A DNA stretch of 64,000 nucleotides, from assembly GCA_002269645.1 (NCBI GenBank), contig NIVC01000212.1, positions 612,850 to 676,849 of the forward strand. The letters are read 5' to 3'. Of this stretch, positions 1 through 11,869 are shown one piece after another. Every line of letters begins with the position of its first letter. Within the stretch, counting starts at the first letter, position 1. The translations under genes and the position numbers were made by a program. This DNA is from Macrostomum lignano. Lineage: Eukaryota. The notes below the pieces were generated by a model that was not told where the DNA came from, searched no databases, and saw only the letters and a list, made by a program, of their open reading frames with translations.

Positions 1-43
1 GGACAGATCACTAAAGACAGGTAAGGATAGATCGGCAACTTAC

Positions 44-194
44 CAGCTCCAAGTACTAGCAGAGCATAAATGCACAGGTAAATCCAGAACAATGCATCCT
101 CTGGTTTAGCCTTGTGATCGGCAAGGTGATACTGGGTGCCGTTGCACAGCAGGTCATTCTCAGATAAAATCAAACAGTTGATGAAGTCCGACAT
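44..194 (-). CDS. Exon 1 of a second DUF21/CNNM-type gene (paralog of 23420-29710); the gene continues beyond the left edge
   Basis: The minus strand reads [51 protein letters not shown] followed by a gtaagt donor. It has the same length (151 nt) and phase as exon 23420-23570 and nearly the same peptide. Not in the ORF track. Confidence 0.85.
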
Positions 195-1295
195 ACTCTT
201 GCTCAGTGCTTCGCTTTTGTGTACAATACAGGTTAACCAACAAATCGATGGCCTCTATAGCAATTGTATCAGCAGTCTATAAATGTCTCGAGAACCAGAT
301 CAGGGTCAGAAATATCTTGTTATAAAATAACAATTAGGCTGCTTCATAAATGCGACCGTTAATTTATACAGAAAACTTACTTCTCAGATTATCAGGAACA
401 TTATAGCTTCCCTGTACATGTAGAACATAGAGATATACTCTGCCACCAGTGAACTGGACATCTTACACAGGGTGATAGTCATGACCTATATTTTATCAAC
501 ACAACAAGTGATCGATAGGTTAACTCTTTATACTCAATTATTGTCTCTGTAATCTACACAGTTACAGGTCATTTTAGCTACCTGGTTTATACATACAACT
601 TTTCAGATTCTTATCGCGATCATATATATCAGGCTTGCCAAATCCGGTGTTTCTTAGATTATTATGTGTAGCGAGTATTTATCACACAGATTACTACGCT
701 ATAATATAGGACCCTATAGGGGTTATCGCAGTGCGTGTTTATATAGGACAATGCCGTAAACAACTGTTATATATATGCACGCGGTTCACGTGTGACGGAA
801 GTTTCATAAGGCCTAGAGATCGGCTTAATCTGGCTTAAGTTGCAGAAGAAGAATTAAAAATAAAATAATCGCTATGTCAGTCTAAAAGAAGAGTCCTGTA
901 ATACATAAAGAAGTGTCATGTCAGACATAAAAGAAATGTAATGTAAACAAGGAAGAAGCGTTATGTAAAACATAAATAAAGCGTCACATTAAGCTCTGCT
1001 GCAATTTTTGGTTAGAATTTTAAGATGGCAAAGCTTATGGGATTATGAGGGTAATTAGTGAGATGTCAAGGCTTACGGGGGAAATCGCTAGCTGGGATGT
1101 CAAGGCTTCACGGGCTAAATTGCTGAGATTTCAGCCTTTGGGGGAATTTATTAAATGTCATGGCTATGGTCAAAAGCTACACGAGCGTTCATGTAGTTTA
1201 TTCAAAAAAATTAATTAAAATTTGAAATTTGAAAAGGAATAATGGCACTAGATAAGAAAGGAGTTATTGCACTAGCTGAGGAAATTGTTGCACTA

Positions 1296-1475
1296 TCTTG
1301 CTGGGGGGGGTGCTTTCTAAGCGGGATGCTTGCTTTCGGGGGGATGTTTGCTATCGGGGGATGTCTGCTATCGGTGGGATGCTTGCTATCAGGGGGATGC
1401 TTGCTATCGGGGGATGCTTGCTATCGGGGGATGCTTGCTATCGGGGGATCGATGCTTGCTATCGGGGGGATGCTA
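1296..1475 (+). repeat. Degenerate 17-18 bp minisatellite (tgctatcgggggatgct)
   Basis: Visible tandem units. They explain ORFs 1242..1496 and 1298..1552. Confidence 0.85.
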
Positions 1476-3246
1476 GGAGGTATCTGGGGTTGCTAAATTG
1501 CTATATTGGGGAAAGGCTTTGGGTAGAATTTTTGAGATGCCAAGGCTTATAGGGTAATTGCTGAGATATCAAGGCTTGGGGGAATTGCTGATCAGATTTC
1601 AAGGCTTGGGGGGAATTGCTAAAGATATAAAGGCTGAGGTTATAGAAGCTACGTGTAGTTTATTTAAAATCTTTCATTACATTCTTTGTTTGCTCCCCAA
1701 CTGGGGGCGTCGCGTACGTATAAGATTGCTAGTTGCAATCTAAATTGTTTATGCGTACTTTGTTACGTTTCTTATGTTCTTATGTTCACTGAAGCATGCT
1801 GAACTTGCAAGTTAAAGTGGATCAGCACATGTACATGTATGTTTGTCAATATACAGTATGAGTTTTATTTACAAGCGGATGTGTAAAAGCACCTTTGCAC
1901 TTTGTTCTTCATGCTATCAGTATAGCTGATAGCATATGTTATAGCTCTGAATCAGTTTAATTAAGGAATACTGCAGTACATGAATTGCAGTTAGTGCAAA
2001 GAATTGGCAGATCTTGATATTGGATAATTTTTTTGTTTGATCAGCCCTGCATCTCTGTCCTGCAGGTCCTCGATCTAGCTCTGTAGGCATGCAGGCCCGG
2101 CCGCGGCCTGCATGCCCAATAATGCGATCAATGTCATGCAGTCCCGAACCGTGCGTCCGTTGCTACTATATACGTGTACTACGTCATGACATGTACACAT
2201 GTACCAGCCACGTGCAAAATATTACCTTGTTAGCAGCAGGTTAGCTCAAAGCTTCTTCTGGTCAGAAATCCGATTTCAAGACAGCAGCTGGTTTGGTGAG
2301 CCGGCTAGTTCGCACGGGTTGATTGTAGTTGGAGTACCATAAAGCGACGTCGACGAAGATAATCATCTCCGGATACATTGTATAGCTACATGCATATAAT
2401 ATCTTTCAGCTCGAGTTTTCCATTCTGTCTCTCGCAGTCTTTCTCTTATAGCTACATGTATAGGACCTATAGCTGCTCGTCACATCTATATGCTATCCTG
2501 GGGCCCATCCGACAGAAGTAAAAGGCCATTTTAAGTGACTAATTTTCTATATTGTTTCTATATGGAAAAGCTCTTAAAATTATAGCATCACGTTATGAAA
2601 ACGTCAGTGTAGTGGGCAGTTATAAAAGGGCAGTGCAAAAGTACGATTGGTAAAAAAGTACAATTGGAAATACACATTTTCTAACGAAGTCGATAGACGT
2701 CAGCTGGTAACGTCGTCCGACGTTGCCGACGTCGGATTGATGAACTAGGTGTTGTGCATGTACTCTTGTATTATAGTCCTATTTATACTCGTAGTACCGC
2801 AGCAAAGTTTCAAAACATTGCTGTGTCGCACTGTATCAACGAAAAAAAAGATAAAGAAAGCAGAGGCTTGCTATGAACGCAATCTAAATTTACACTGGCG
2901 AGCGCTTTGCGATCACAGGGTTTATTTCATTTTAATGACTAATATTGCCTTTATGTTTTTCTATTTACCTATCATAGAAATATTTAAGTCGAAGTTATAT
3001 TTAGTACTATATTTTTACCCAAGTTGAAATATTTTGAGCAGTAGCTTTTATTTTGCTATATAAAACAGCTTCTGACAAAGCCTAATTTGTTAATCTATAC
3101 TATTACTCAGGGCGTACGAACATTCAATCAAAGATTCAAAGAAATCGTTAAAAAATACAAAAAACAATATAAATAAAACTTGTAACACATTTGTATTTTT
3201 ATTTCTAAAATACTTGTACTGCTGTTTGTTTCGTAAGAGCTCTATA

Positions 3247-6200
3247 ATGTTTTCCAAACAGGCAAACTACAGCAAACTTAAGACAAATTTGCGATTGGTA
3301 ATCAATCGCCTAAAGTTATTGGAGAAGAAAAAAACGGAGCTTGCACTGAAGGCTAGAAAAGAAATTTCGGATTACATCCAGGCTGGTAAGGATGATCGAG
3401 CACGAATCCGAGTCGAACATATCATTCGTGAAGACTATCTTGTCGAGGCCATGGAAATTATTGAGATGTACTGTGACCTACTACTTGCACGTTTTGGACT
3501 AATCAGCAGTCAAAAGTAAGCTACCTCACCTGTCTAGTTACTTGTAACAAATAGGCCTATGCTATTAGTCTAATTGAACTTATTATTAGCCATCTTAGAC
3601 ATTATGAATGAATAGCCCCCCATAGCTATCAAAATATTAAAATGTATGTATGGCCTATGGCTATAGTAGGAATAGGCTGTGGTCTAGGCTAGGCCTATTG
3701 TATTATAATTTCATAGGTCATTTTTGGTAATCTTTTACTTTTACACATTTTATATTTCTTAGAAATTTGTAGTTTCTGTCCAGTTTAAGGATGTATACTA
3801 TAACAGATTCAATAAAAAGATTGATAAGTTTTAATTGATAGATTGTCAACTATCAACTTGATAAAATTGTAAAATTGAAAAATATCAAGTAAAAATGATA
3901 AATAGATAGTCCTAAATTAAAAAATAATATAATTTATGCCTACTCCTAAATCTTAGGACTATATATATGCTATACTCTAAATCACATAGTATATGCCCAA
4001 AAATTTGGGCATGTATTGGCCTTGTATTCCAAAGGTAGGCATACACACAGTTGGTATACATCATTCTTAAGAAAATAGTATGCATGCACACCTGGCATAC
4101 ACTTTCTAGAATCATATGGAAGAGTTATTATAAGATAGAAAAAAAGTGGAAAATGTTCATTTTAGGCATAAATTTCAAGCTTTCCATTTTTAAGCTCATA
4201 ATAAAGTATTTAACCAAATCTTTGCATGTATTAATTTTCTATTGTAAATAGCATTGCCAAAAAGCAGAAAAATTAACAAAATTGTAGGAAAAGTCTTTTT
4301 AAAATATTATGCATGTTTCCATTTTAAATAAACTTAAACTATACCTACAGAAATAATGATGCAAAATAGATGCTCTTAGCAATAATTTATACTTATTTTA
4401 TTTATTGTTAATTTTAAAGAAGCAAAGCCAAAGTGTATTGCAGACTTTTTAGACTATACAAATTTTCCTTTACTTTATGGTAAAAAATGTTAATTTACAT
4501 TACAATTTTCATGCATGGCATGAATTTATTTACCAAAACTTGTATGCCAAAAGAAGTATGTGTGGTTGTGTTACTTGTGTATGCCAATAGTTTATGCCAA
4601 CAAAGTGCGCCAAGGGTTGTGTATGCCAAAGACTTAGGGTTGCCATTTTGTATGCCAGAAAGGTTCAGAACCTGGTAACATGTGTAACCATCCGCAACCT
4701 GGCACTAGTGTAGAAGTGGTTTTTGTTTCTAAGAAATACTAGTTTTAAAATGTTACGCAAAAATTCTATTTTTGTTTCACTTTGCAAAATATTCTCAAAT
4801 ATTCTATGTTTGTTTAAATATACACAAAAGAAATAGTATAAATAGGAGTGAAGTTTAGGGAAGTAGGATTCAATTTGCTCTCATGAATTAAATCGTTTAT
4901 AGCTTGTTCAATACTTATTCTCAGATCATTGCTCATTTTAAAAGTATTAGAAGTCAGAATTGGGAATTCATGCAAAGAGAACACTAAGAGTAATCGCTGT
5001 GACCCTCTAATCTCGGTAATGCCCAGACTGGAGAAAGATAGAGAAAGTACATATACCAGTAAGACTGCTCAGGCCATATATTAAGAATGCTACCAGACCA
5101 CATACTAAGAATGCTACCAGACCATATACTAAGAATGCTACCAGAACACTACCAAGAATGCTACCTAGACAATTTATGAGAAACAGTTAGAAACATTAAG
5201 GCAAAATTTAATAGGAATTTAATAAAGGGAAATTAAAAAGCCCTAGGACAACTTGGTGGCAGCTTTAGATATTTAATAACAGAAATAAAAAAGTAGCCCT
5301 GTAATAGCTGGTGTCAGCGGTTGAGGTCTAAATAGATAAGCACAACCCCTGTTACAGCTGGTGGCTTAACGGTGGGATTATAAAAGAAGAAGAAATACAC
5401 CTGTCACAGCTGGTGGCATTTAGTGGGATTAAAATTGATAAAGTAGGAGGCAAAACACCTGTCACACTAGCATAGTTTTGAGAATGGGCATGCACTCAAT
5501 TTTTTTCAGCGTGCATTTGTAACCATTAATTTTTGTTTGGGTATGCACCCAGCATGATCTGGACTACGGTATATATGCTGGAAAATTCTGGCATACAACA
5601 GACATCAAAAAATTATTGGCATAAAGTATTTAATATAAAGCATTGTTTTATAATAGTTTGCATATAGAATAATCTGCTGGAACGTACATGTGCAACAGAC
5701 AGCCAAGTTGGCCAATCTGGCCAACCAATTTGGCGGCCAACCAAGGTAAGTCACAAAAATGCCCACCCCAAAGAATACAGACGTAGTACTAATTAGATGA
5801 CAAGGCATTTAGCCCTCATAAGACAGTTATAGTTACTCCTACCGTTTACCCACAATTGCATTAATTTTGCTTTAAGGTTTCTTTCACAGGTAAGTCACAT
5901 TTTTGGCCAAAAACTGTCGTATTTTTGTTAAAACTAAGTTGCATGGCTGACCAAATTTTGGAGGTTGCGCATGTATGTGCTGGAAAATTATACTATTAAG
6001 CTAATATATAGTGTAGCTATTGGCTTACAAAAGACCAAAATGTTGTAATGCAAAAAGGTCCTTTATTGTTACAACATATAAAAGTCCTTTATTGTTGCAA
6101 TGCCTTTTTGATAATTTCCAACAAATATATCATAAGTAAATTTGTTTTTTTCTAGCATAAACTTGAATTTATAATGTAAAGTGTCACTTTTTGGCATACT

Positions 6201-9200
6201 GTGCAATAGATTTAAGAGTGTGGCTATATACCAATGAGTCTTACTTCTTTTATCCAAAGTATCATCAATGTATATATTAGCCTAAGTCAATAGGTACTTG
6301 GTATAATTGAGCATAGTGCTAGGAAGTTTGTCATAATTCCTATTGCTAACTGTATTGCTATAATGCTATTACCATTGATTCATTGTCATATTCTCCCTGG
6401 CACATGTGTAATCATTAATGGATGGCAAACATACGCTCGTACATGCGCAACCCCCCTGATTTACACTGGCCATGCGACTTACTTTTTGACCAAAAATGCG
6501 ACTTACCTGTAAAAGAAACCATAGCAACATTAATGCAGTTTTGGGTAAACGGCAGGAGTAACTATGACTCTCTCATAAGGGCCTAATGCCTCGTCATCTA
6601 ATTAGTACTATTTTTTGCGACTTACCCCTGGTCCACCACAATTTATGGTGGCCAGATTGGCCAGAAGTTGCACACGTATGATTGACAAATATATATGCAG
6701 AGCTTTAGAATCATGATGTTGTTAACCATTAGCTTGTATTTGTTAATTCTCAAGGTCTAACTGTATAAACAAACCTCATCAAATAGACATAGATACACTA
6801 TAAGGCAAAGTTCCAAGCTATGCATGGTATGAATCAAGCCCTGTTTGATTCATACCATGTTTTTTGTGCACTAAGTATTATATATTAATTGCCACCTTCA
6901 TATCAGTATCTTCAAATACTATATATTATATTATATTATACTATATATAATACTATATACTATATATCTATTATCTATATAATATATATTTTATTATATA
7001 GATAATAGATCAGTATCTATTTTATCTTATAATAGATAAAATTATCTTCTAACTAGTTACTTAGGAAGGTGGCAATTAAATAAATAGAAACTAAATATTT
7101 AACTTTTTATTAAATAACATTAACAAGTAATAAAATATATAATTTCTTGTTAATATTATTTAATAAAAAAGTTAAATATTTAGTTTCTATTTATATTAAT
7201 TGCCACCTTCCTAACTAGTTACTTATTGTTAATATTTTTTAACAAGATATAGTATATTATAATTATATAGTCTATTAATAGCCAATAACAAACTACTTAG
7301 GCTTGGCTAAAAAATCTAAGCTTTTTTGGATTCTAGTCTATTGTATTCAATTAAAAAGCTTTTTATGTAAAACCAAATGTTATTATAATAAAAATTTCAA
7401 TGATAATAGTACCTGTCTGGTCTATATTATAATATTGCTATGGCTATAAATATGTTCTAAAGATAGTCTTATATGCTCTATGATCTATATTGTATAAGAA
7501 ATCTAGATTTCCTTATATTTAAATTCTTAAAATTTAATTGGAGTTTAATTTTACTCAATAATTGTTTCTAATTATTGAATTTTTGTAGCTATAATTCATT
7601 TTTGTTATGGTAACTATTGTAGTAACCATAATGTAATTGGCTTACAAAGCATAAAAAATTATAATCTGATCTTTCCTAGAACCAATAGAAATGGCTAGGT
7701 GAATCCCTAGGTTGCACCTAAGCATGAACAGCCCAGGCTCAATTCCAAGTGCACTTGCATTAATTTGGTACTATAAGCATAGATTAAAATTTTGGCTTGG
7801 GTTTATTTGAAAGCCAACCTAAGACATAATGAAGTGTATGTGCCTAACAGTTATAGCTGCCATTTACAACTGTATCAGTGTGTGCCTATGCATATGACTG
7901 CATACATATCTGCACACTTGTGTGCCTGCTCAAAGCAGTTGGGAAAAGGCACCCATAATAGTGCCACTGGCTGGTTTTGAAATAATATAAATTATGTAAG
8001 GTTAAAAGGTAATTTATAATAATACATAGGCCTTAATTTGCATAGAAACTGTTTAATGTATAACTAGCATATTAGAAATTCGGGGTGTGAGCATGTGTTC
8101 TCAGGAGTCAGAGGAATGGGAATAGCTGCCTCACTGTTAATAACTGTTGCTATAGTCTCACTGTGTCTATAGCAGTGAGTAGGGGTTGTAGCCTAGTGGT
8201 TTGAGCATCAGACTCACGACTTGAATCCTCGTGCTTGAGCAGGACACTTAACTCTCTGCATTGCTTCAGTTCACCCAGCTGTAAAATGGGTGCCAGCATT
8301 AGCTGGGATAATTGATGGTGTGTGTGGCGACCCCCCAGTCCTTGGACTGAACAGCCGTACGCAGCCTTCAGATGCGCTATGCAATAAAGTCTCACAAAGG
8401 CTTAAATTCCCCACCTGGCAGGGAGCTGGACCCGGGCCTAGAAGAGGCCGTGGCAACGTTAATCTGGGTGACACCCCGTCTGCAGGCCGACATAGCGGAA
8501 TTCAAATCTGTGGCTGAGCAGCTCACTTTGAAGTACAGCAAAGAATTCGCCCAAGCCTGCCTATCTAACGAGATGAACAATGTCAGCGAGAAGGTCATGC
8601 ACAAGCTTGGCGTGCAGGCCCCGCCGAAACTGCTAGTTGAACGCTACCTAATTGAGATCGCTAAATCCTTTAACGTGCCGTTCACTCCCGATCCGGACGT
8701 GATGCGCGAGGAAGAAGAGGGCGCCTCGAATCTTATTGATATCGATCAGGGATTTGATAGTCGCAAGGGAGGCGGCAGCGGTGGCGGGGGCGGCGGCGGG
8801 GGTGGCGGCTTGCCTTCAGTACCGGCGACTCCCTACCCGATGCAGCCGGGCTTCCCGCAGCCGGCTGCCTTTCCGGCTGGTAGCGCCGCCGCTTCTGTCG
8901 GTGGCGCGGTTGGTGGCGGCGCCGCTTCTAGTGGCTCGGCGCCAGCGGGTCCTGAAGGTCAGTTTTTATCGATTTTTTAGTGCTAATCATGTACATCAAA
9001 TCTTTGAATCTTCGAACGCTTAAATTTTCTATTTATTCAGCGGTTGTTGTCTCTGTGCTATGTGCTTTGGAACGTGGAATTAGTCAATTATACATTCCCA
9101 CTTTCTTATACTTTATCTTTTCATCCTTATCTGATCTCCGCACCTCTCCTCTGATCTTCCCTTTACTTCTCTCTAATCTCCCTTTTCTCCCGTTTAATCT

Positions 9201-10300
9201 CCTCTTTCTCCCCTGTCTAATCTCCTCTGTCTCCCTTCTCTAAACTCCTCTGTCTCCCTTCTCTAATCTCCTCTGTCTCCCTTCTCTAATCTCCTCTGTC
9301 TCCCTTTTCTAATCTCCTCTGTCTCCCTTCTCTAATCTCCTCTGTCTCCCTTCTCTAATCTCCTCTGTCTCCCCTCTCTAATCTCCTCTGTCTCCCCTCT
9401 CTAATCTCCTCTGTCTCCCCTCTCTATTCTCCTCTGTCTCCCTTCTCTAATCTCCTCTGTCTCCCTTCTCTAATCTCTCTTTCTCCCTTTTCTAATCTCC
9501 TCTGTCTCCCCTCTATAATCTCCTCTTTCTCCTCTCTCTATTCTTCCATTCCTTCCCTCTCTTATCCCCTCTAATCTCTCCTTTATCCCCTCTTTGATTT
9601 CGCCTTTCTAACCTCATCTAATGTCTAATCCCTTATTTTCTCCTCTCCGATCTCTCCTTTCCTCCTTTCCGCTCTCCTATCTAATCGATACAGTGAATGC
9701 ACTTTATTGCATCAATAAAACTTTACGGTTCAATAAATAATTAATCGAAAAACATTTGCAGCATTTGCTCCTGGTGACATGTGTAAGTTATTTACTGCAG
9801 GTTTTTAGCGTACGATATGATAATTTAATAATGACCTGTGTCTCTTCGGTGGTTTATTGACAGCCTTCCTAATTGGAGTTGATTCGTGAAAATTGATTTT
9901 ATTTGTATATTTTATCATTTGTTTTATCACACTAAAATTAGAATACATACCTGACCATTAGAAAGTCAAATAGCCGCTGTACGCCCTGTGTGAGCGTGTG
10001 TATTAGTGCATGTGCCCCTGCTCTGCTTTCTCAGGTGCGCAGCCGCCGCCCTATCAGTACCAGCCGCCACCGCCTGCCCAGCAGCAGCAGCAACAGCAGC
10101 AGATGATTAACGACAAGTCGGGCCCCCCTCCAGGCGGACTGGCTCTGCCTGACCTCCCAGGCGTGCCAAACAGTCCAGCGAACAGCTACCAGCCGCCGCA
10201 GCAGCCTCCAGGCGGAAGCGGTGGAGCCGGCGGTGCCAGCGAAAATGTGGACTTTGACGATCTTACCAGACGATTCGAAGAGCTGAAGAAGCGAAAATAA
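3247..10300 (+). CDS. IST1: IST1 homolog (ESCRT-III-associated factor), 3 coding exons
   Basis: Exons 3247-3515, 8422-8957 and 10035-10300, with GT-AG introns in consistent phases (2, 1). The peptide includes YSKLKTNLRLVINRLKLLEKKKTELALKARKEISDYI, IIREDYLVEAMEIIEMYCDLLLARFG, ELDPGLEEAVATLIW, APPKLLVERYLIEIAK and a C-terminal MIM-like NVDFDDLTRRFEELKKRK, all characteristic of IST1. Confidence 0.95.
5683..5977 (-). mobile_element. hAT-type MITE copy A carrying a 28S rRNA fragment (5788-5851)
   Basis: Termini are cgtacatgtgcaac and gttgcgcatgtatg (about 14-bp TIR). A perfect 8-bp direct repeat tgctggaa lies at 5675-5682 and 5978-5985. The interior is the reverse complement of copies B and C. 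Confidence 0.85.
6430..6680 (+). mobile_element. hAT-type MITE copy B carrying a 28S rRNA fragment (6543-6606)
   Basis: Reads catac..tacatgcgcaac to gttgcacacgtatg, with near identity to 10478-10751. The flanking 8-mers atggcaaa and attgacaa match at only 5/8. Confidence 0.8.
7063..7212. mobile_element. AT-rich fold-back element (about 65-bp inverted arms) flanked by a 12-bp direct repeat
   Basis: aggaaggtggcaattaaataaatagaaac... is mirrored by ...gtttctatttatattaattgccaccttcct. The sequence aactagttactt lies at 7051-7062 and 7213-7224. Confidence 0.7.
8181..8400 (+). mobile_element. tRNA-derived SINE with a CORE-like central domain
   Basis: A tRNA A-box-like head ggggttgtagcctagtggtttgagcatcagactc, a degenerate B box (acttgaatcc), then cttgagcaggacacttaactctctgcattgcttcagttcacccagctgtaaaatgggt, which resembles the CORE/MIR-type motif (gggcaagtcacttaacctctctg...ctgtaaaatggg). 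Confidence 0.7.
9150..9540 (+). repeat. 23-bp pyrimidine-rich minisatellite (tctaatctcctctgtctcccttc) in IST1 intron 2
   Basis: Visible tandem units. Confidence 0.9.
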
Positions 10301-10419
10301 TCTGCTGGAGTCCAATGATGAAAATAACTGACAGACAATTTGTTGCGGATAATTTAACTCATAACCCATGCTATTGTTATTGCTTTGTTATGATAAAATT
10401 AAGGGGAACTTCAATTTCT

Positions 10420-10990
10420 GACACTTGGTGACACTTAGTGACCCTAGCGACTCTTGTGACTTTTTAACGACTCAAAACATACTCGTATATGCGCAACCCC
10501 CCTGATTTACACTGGCCATGCGACTTACTTTTTGACCAAAAATGCGACTTACCTGTGAAAGAAACCCTAGAGCAACATTAATGCAGTTTTGGGTAAACGG
10601 CAGGAGTAACTATGACTCTCTTATAAGGACTAAATGCCTCGTCATCTAATTAGTACTACGTCTGTATTCTTTGGGGTGGGCATTTTTGCGACTTACCCCT
10701 GGTCCACCACAATTTACAGTGGCCAGATCGGCCAGCAGTTGCGCATGTATGGCTCAAAACGACTGTAATGCGACGGAGAGGCGACAGTCGTGAAAAAAAG
10801 TCGTCCAAGAATCGTTGTGTTAGCGCTTAACTTTCTACTAACTCGAGTAGGCTAAACAGCGACTCTGGCACGTCTCATGTACGAATCTGCGGCCTCAGAG
10901 TCGTAGACAAAAATGCCTCTAATTGACTTGGGTGATTTTTACCCTGACGTATAATCGTTTTAGAGTTGTCTTAGAGTCACTACCTTTGTT
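10420..10990 (+). repeat. Dispersed repeat family (gactc/gagtc-rich), here interrupted by MITE copy C
   Basis: Shares gtgactttttaacgactcaaa..cgactgt and gttgtgttagcgcttaactttctactaactc with about 37550-37635, and aaaaaagtc.tccaa.aatcgttgt.ttagcgcttaac with about 51950-52165. Confidence 0.7.
10478..10751 (+). mobile_element. hAT-type MITE copy C carrying a 28S rRNA fragment (about 10591-10656)
   Basis: TIR-like ends catac..tatatgcgcaac and gttgcgcatgtatg. The flanking 8-mers actcaaaa and gctcaaaa match at 7/8. Confidence 0.85.
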
Positions 10991-11064
10991 ACCTGCAAAT
11001 ACTTTTCGATGCTTCTTAAGGTTGACTGACTGACAGAACTGCAGATTTAGTTTGAGTTTAATTA

Positions 11065-11287
11065 TCGGCAAACTTTTTGGGAGAAAGGAGAGAAGGAAGA
11101 GGAGAGGGGAGATGTGGGGAGAGAGGTGAGATGAGAGACGAGAGGGTAGATGAGGGGATAGAGGAGCGGAGAGAGGACACCTGAGATGGGTTAAACCTTG
11201 AGTCGGCCTGATTGCTATTGTGAAGTTTCATGGACCCCCGAGGGCCGAATAGTGAGGGCTTTGCGGGCCGTAGTTTGCCGACCCCTG
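11065..11287. mobile_element. Remnant of a second hAT-like MITE
   Basis: The right end gcgggccgtagtttgccgacccctg is a common hAT MITE terminus. The left partner is reduced to tcggcaaac. Confidence 0.45.
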
Positions 11288-11869
11288 ATCTAGCTGTGAT
11301 AAATTGTTACATTGTGGGGGCATATATACTCGTTGCAAATTTATTTAATCAATTATTACTGAAATCTAGTAGCTTAAATTAATTCCTAAGCTACTTCAGA
11401 TTACTAAGAGAAACGTAATCCTGCTATAATCCCTTCTTAATGATTATTTTTGCAACTTTTCATTTCTATTCAGAGATTTTTTTCTATCTAAGAAAAACAA
11501 CAATTTTTCTTTTATTGCTACTTGTTTATTCTGTGAGTAGTGCGAAACGTTTCTTATAACAATATTTTAGTGTCAAACTAAAGAAACAACTATAAAAAAC
11601 GTTGAATAAATTAACAATTTCAAAATATTTCTCGCTGAGTAATTGTTTTGATTATGTTTAAAATGCTTGTACATCCGTGCGTTGATTGTAAGAAATTATC
11701 TATGCCTGCAAAATATACGGATTTTCCGTTGGCCTACATATTAAATTATATTCAGAAAAGTCTTATGTAAAACAGAAATGTTTTGTGGCACAATTTTGAG
11801 TAAAACTATTTTCTTTTCCATTTAAAAATTTTCATATCTTTAATCTGGTATATCTTTGTTTTAATTTCT

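Noticed and set aside
2076-2116. Helitron 3' end
   Set aside because: On the minus strand CTAG follows the hairpin, but the next base is A rather than the T expected for an A^T target, and no 5' TC end was identified.
3940-4700. MITE with ggcatac/gtatgcc subterminal motifs and a tagggttgcca hAT-like end
   Set aside because: An inverted motif bias is visible, but no matching second TIR or TSD could be located.
6543-6606. 28S rRNA gene or pseudogene of a whole rDNA unit
   Set aside because: Only about 64 bp match, and all three occurrences are embedded in a TIR/TSD-bounded element with no flanking rDNA.
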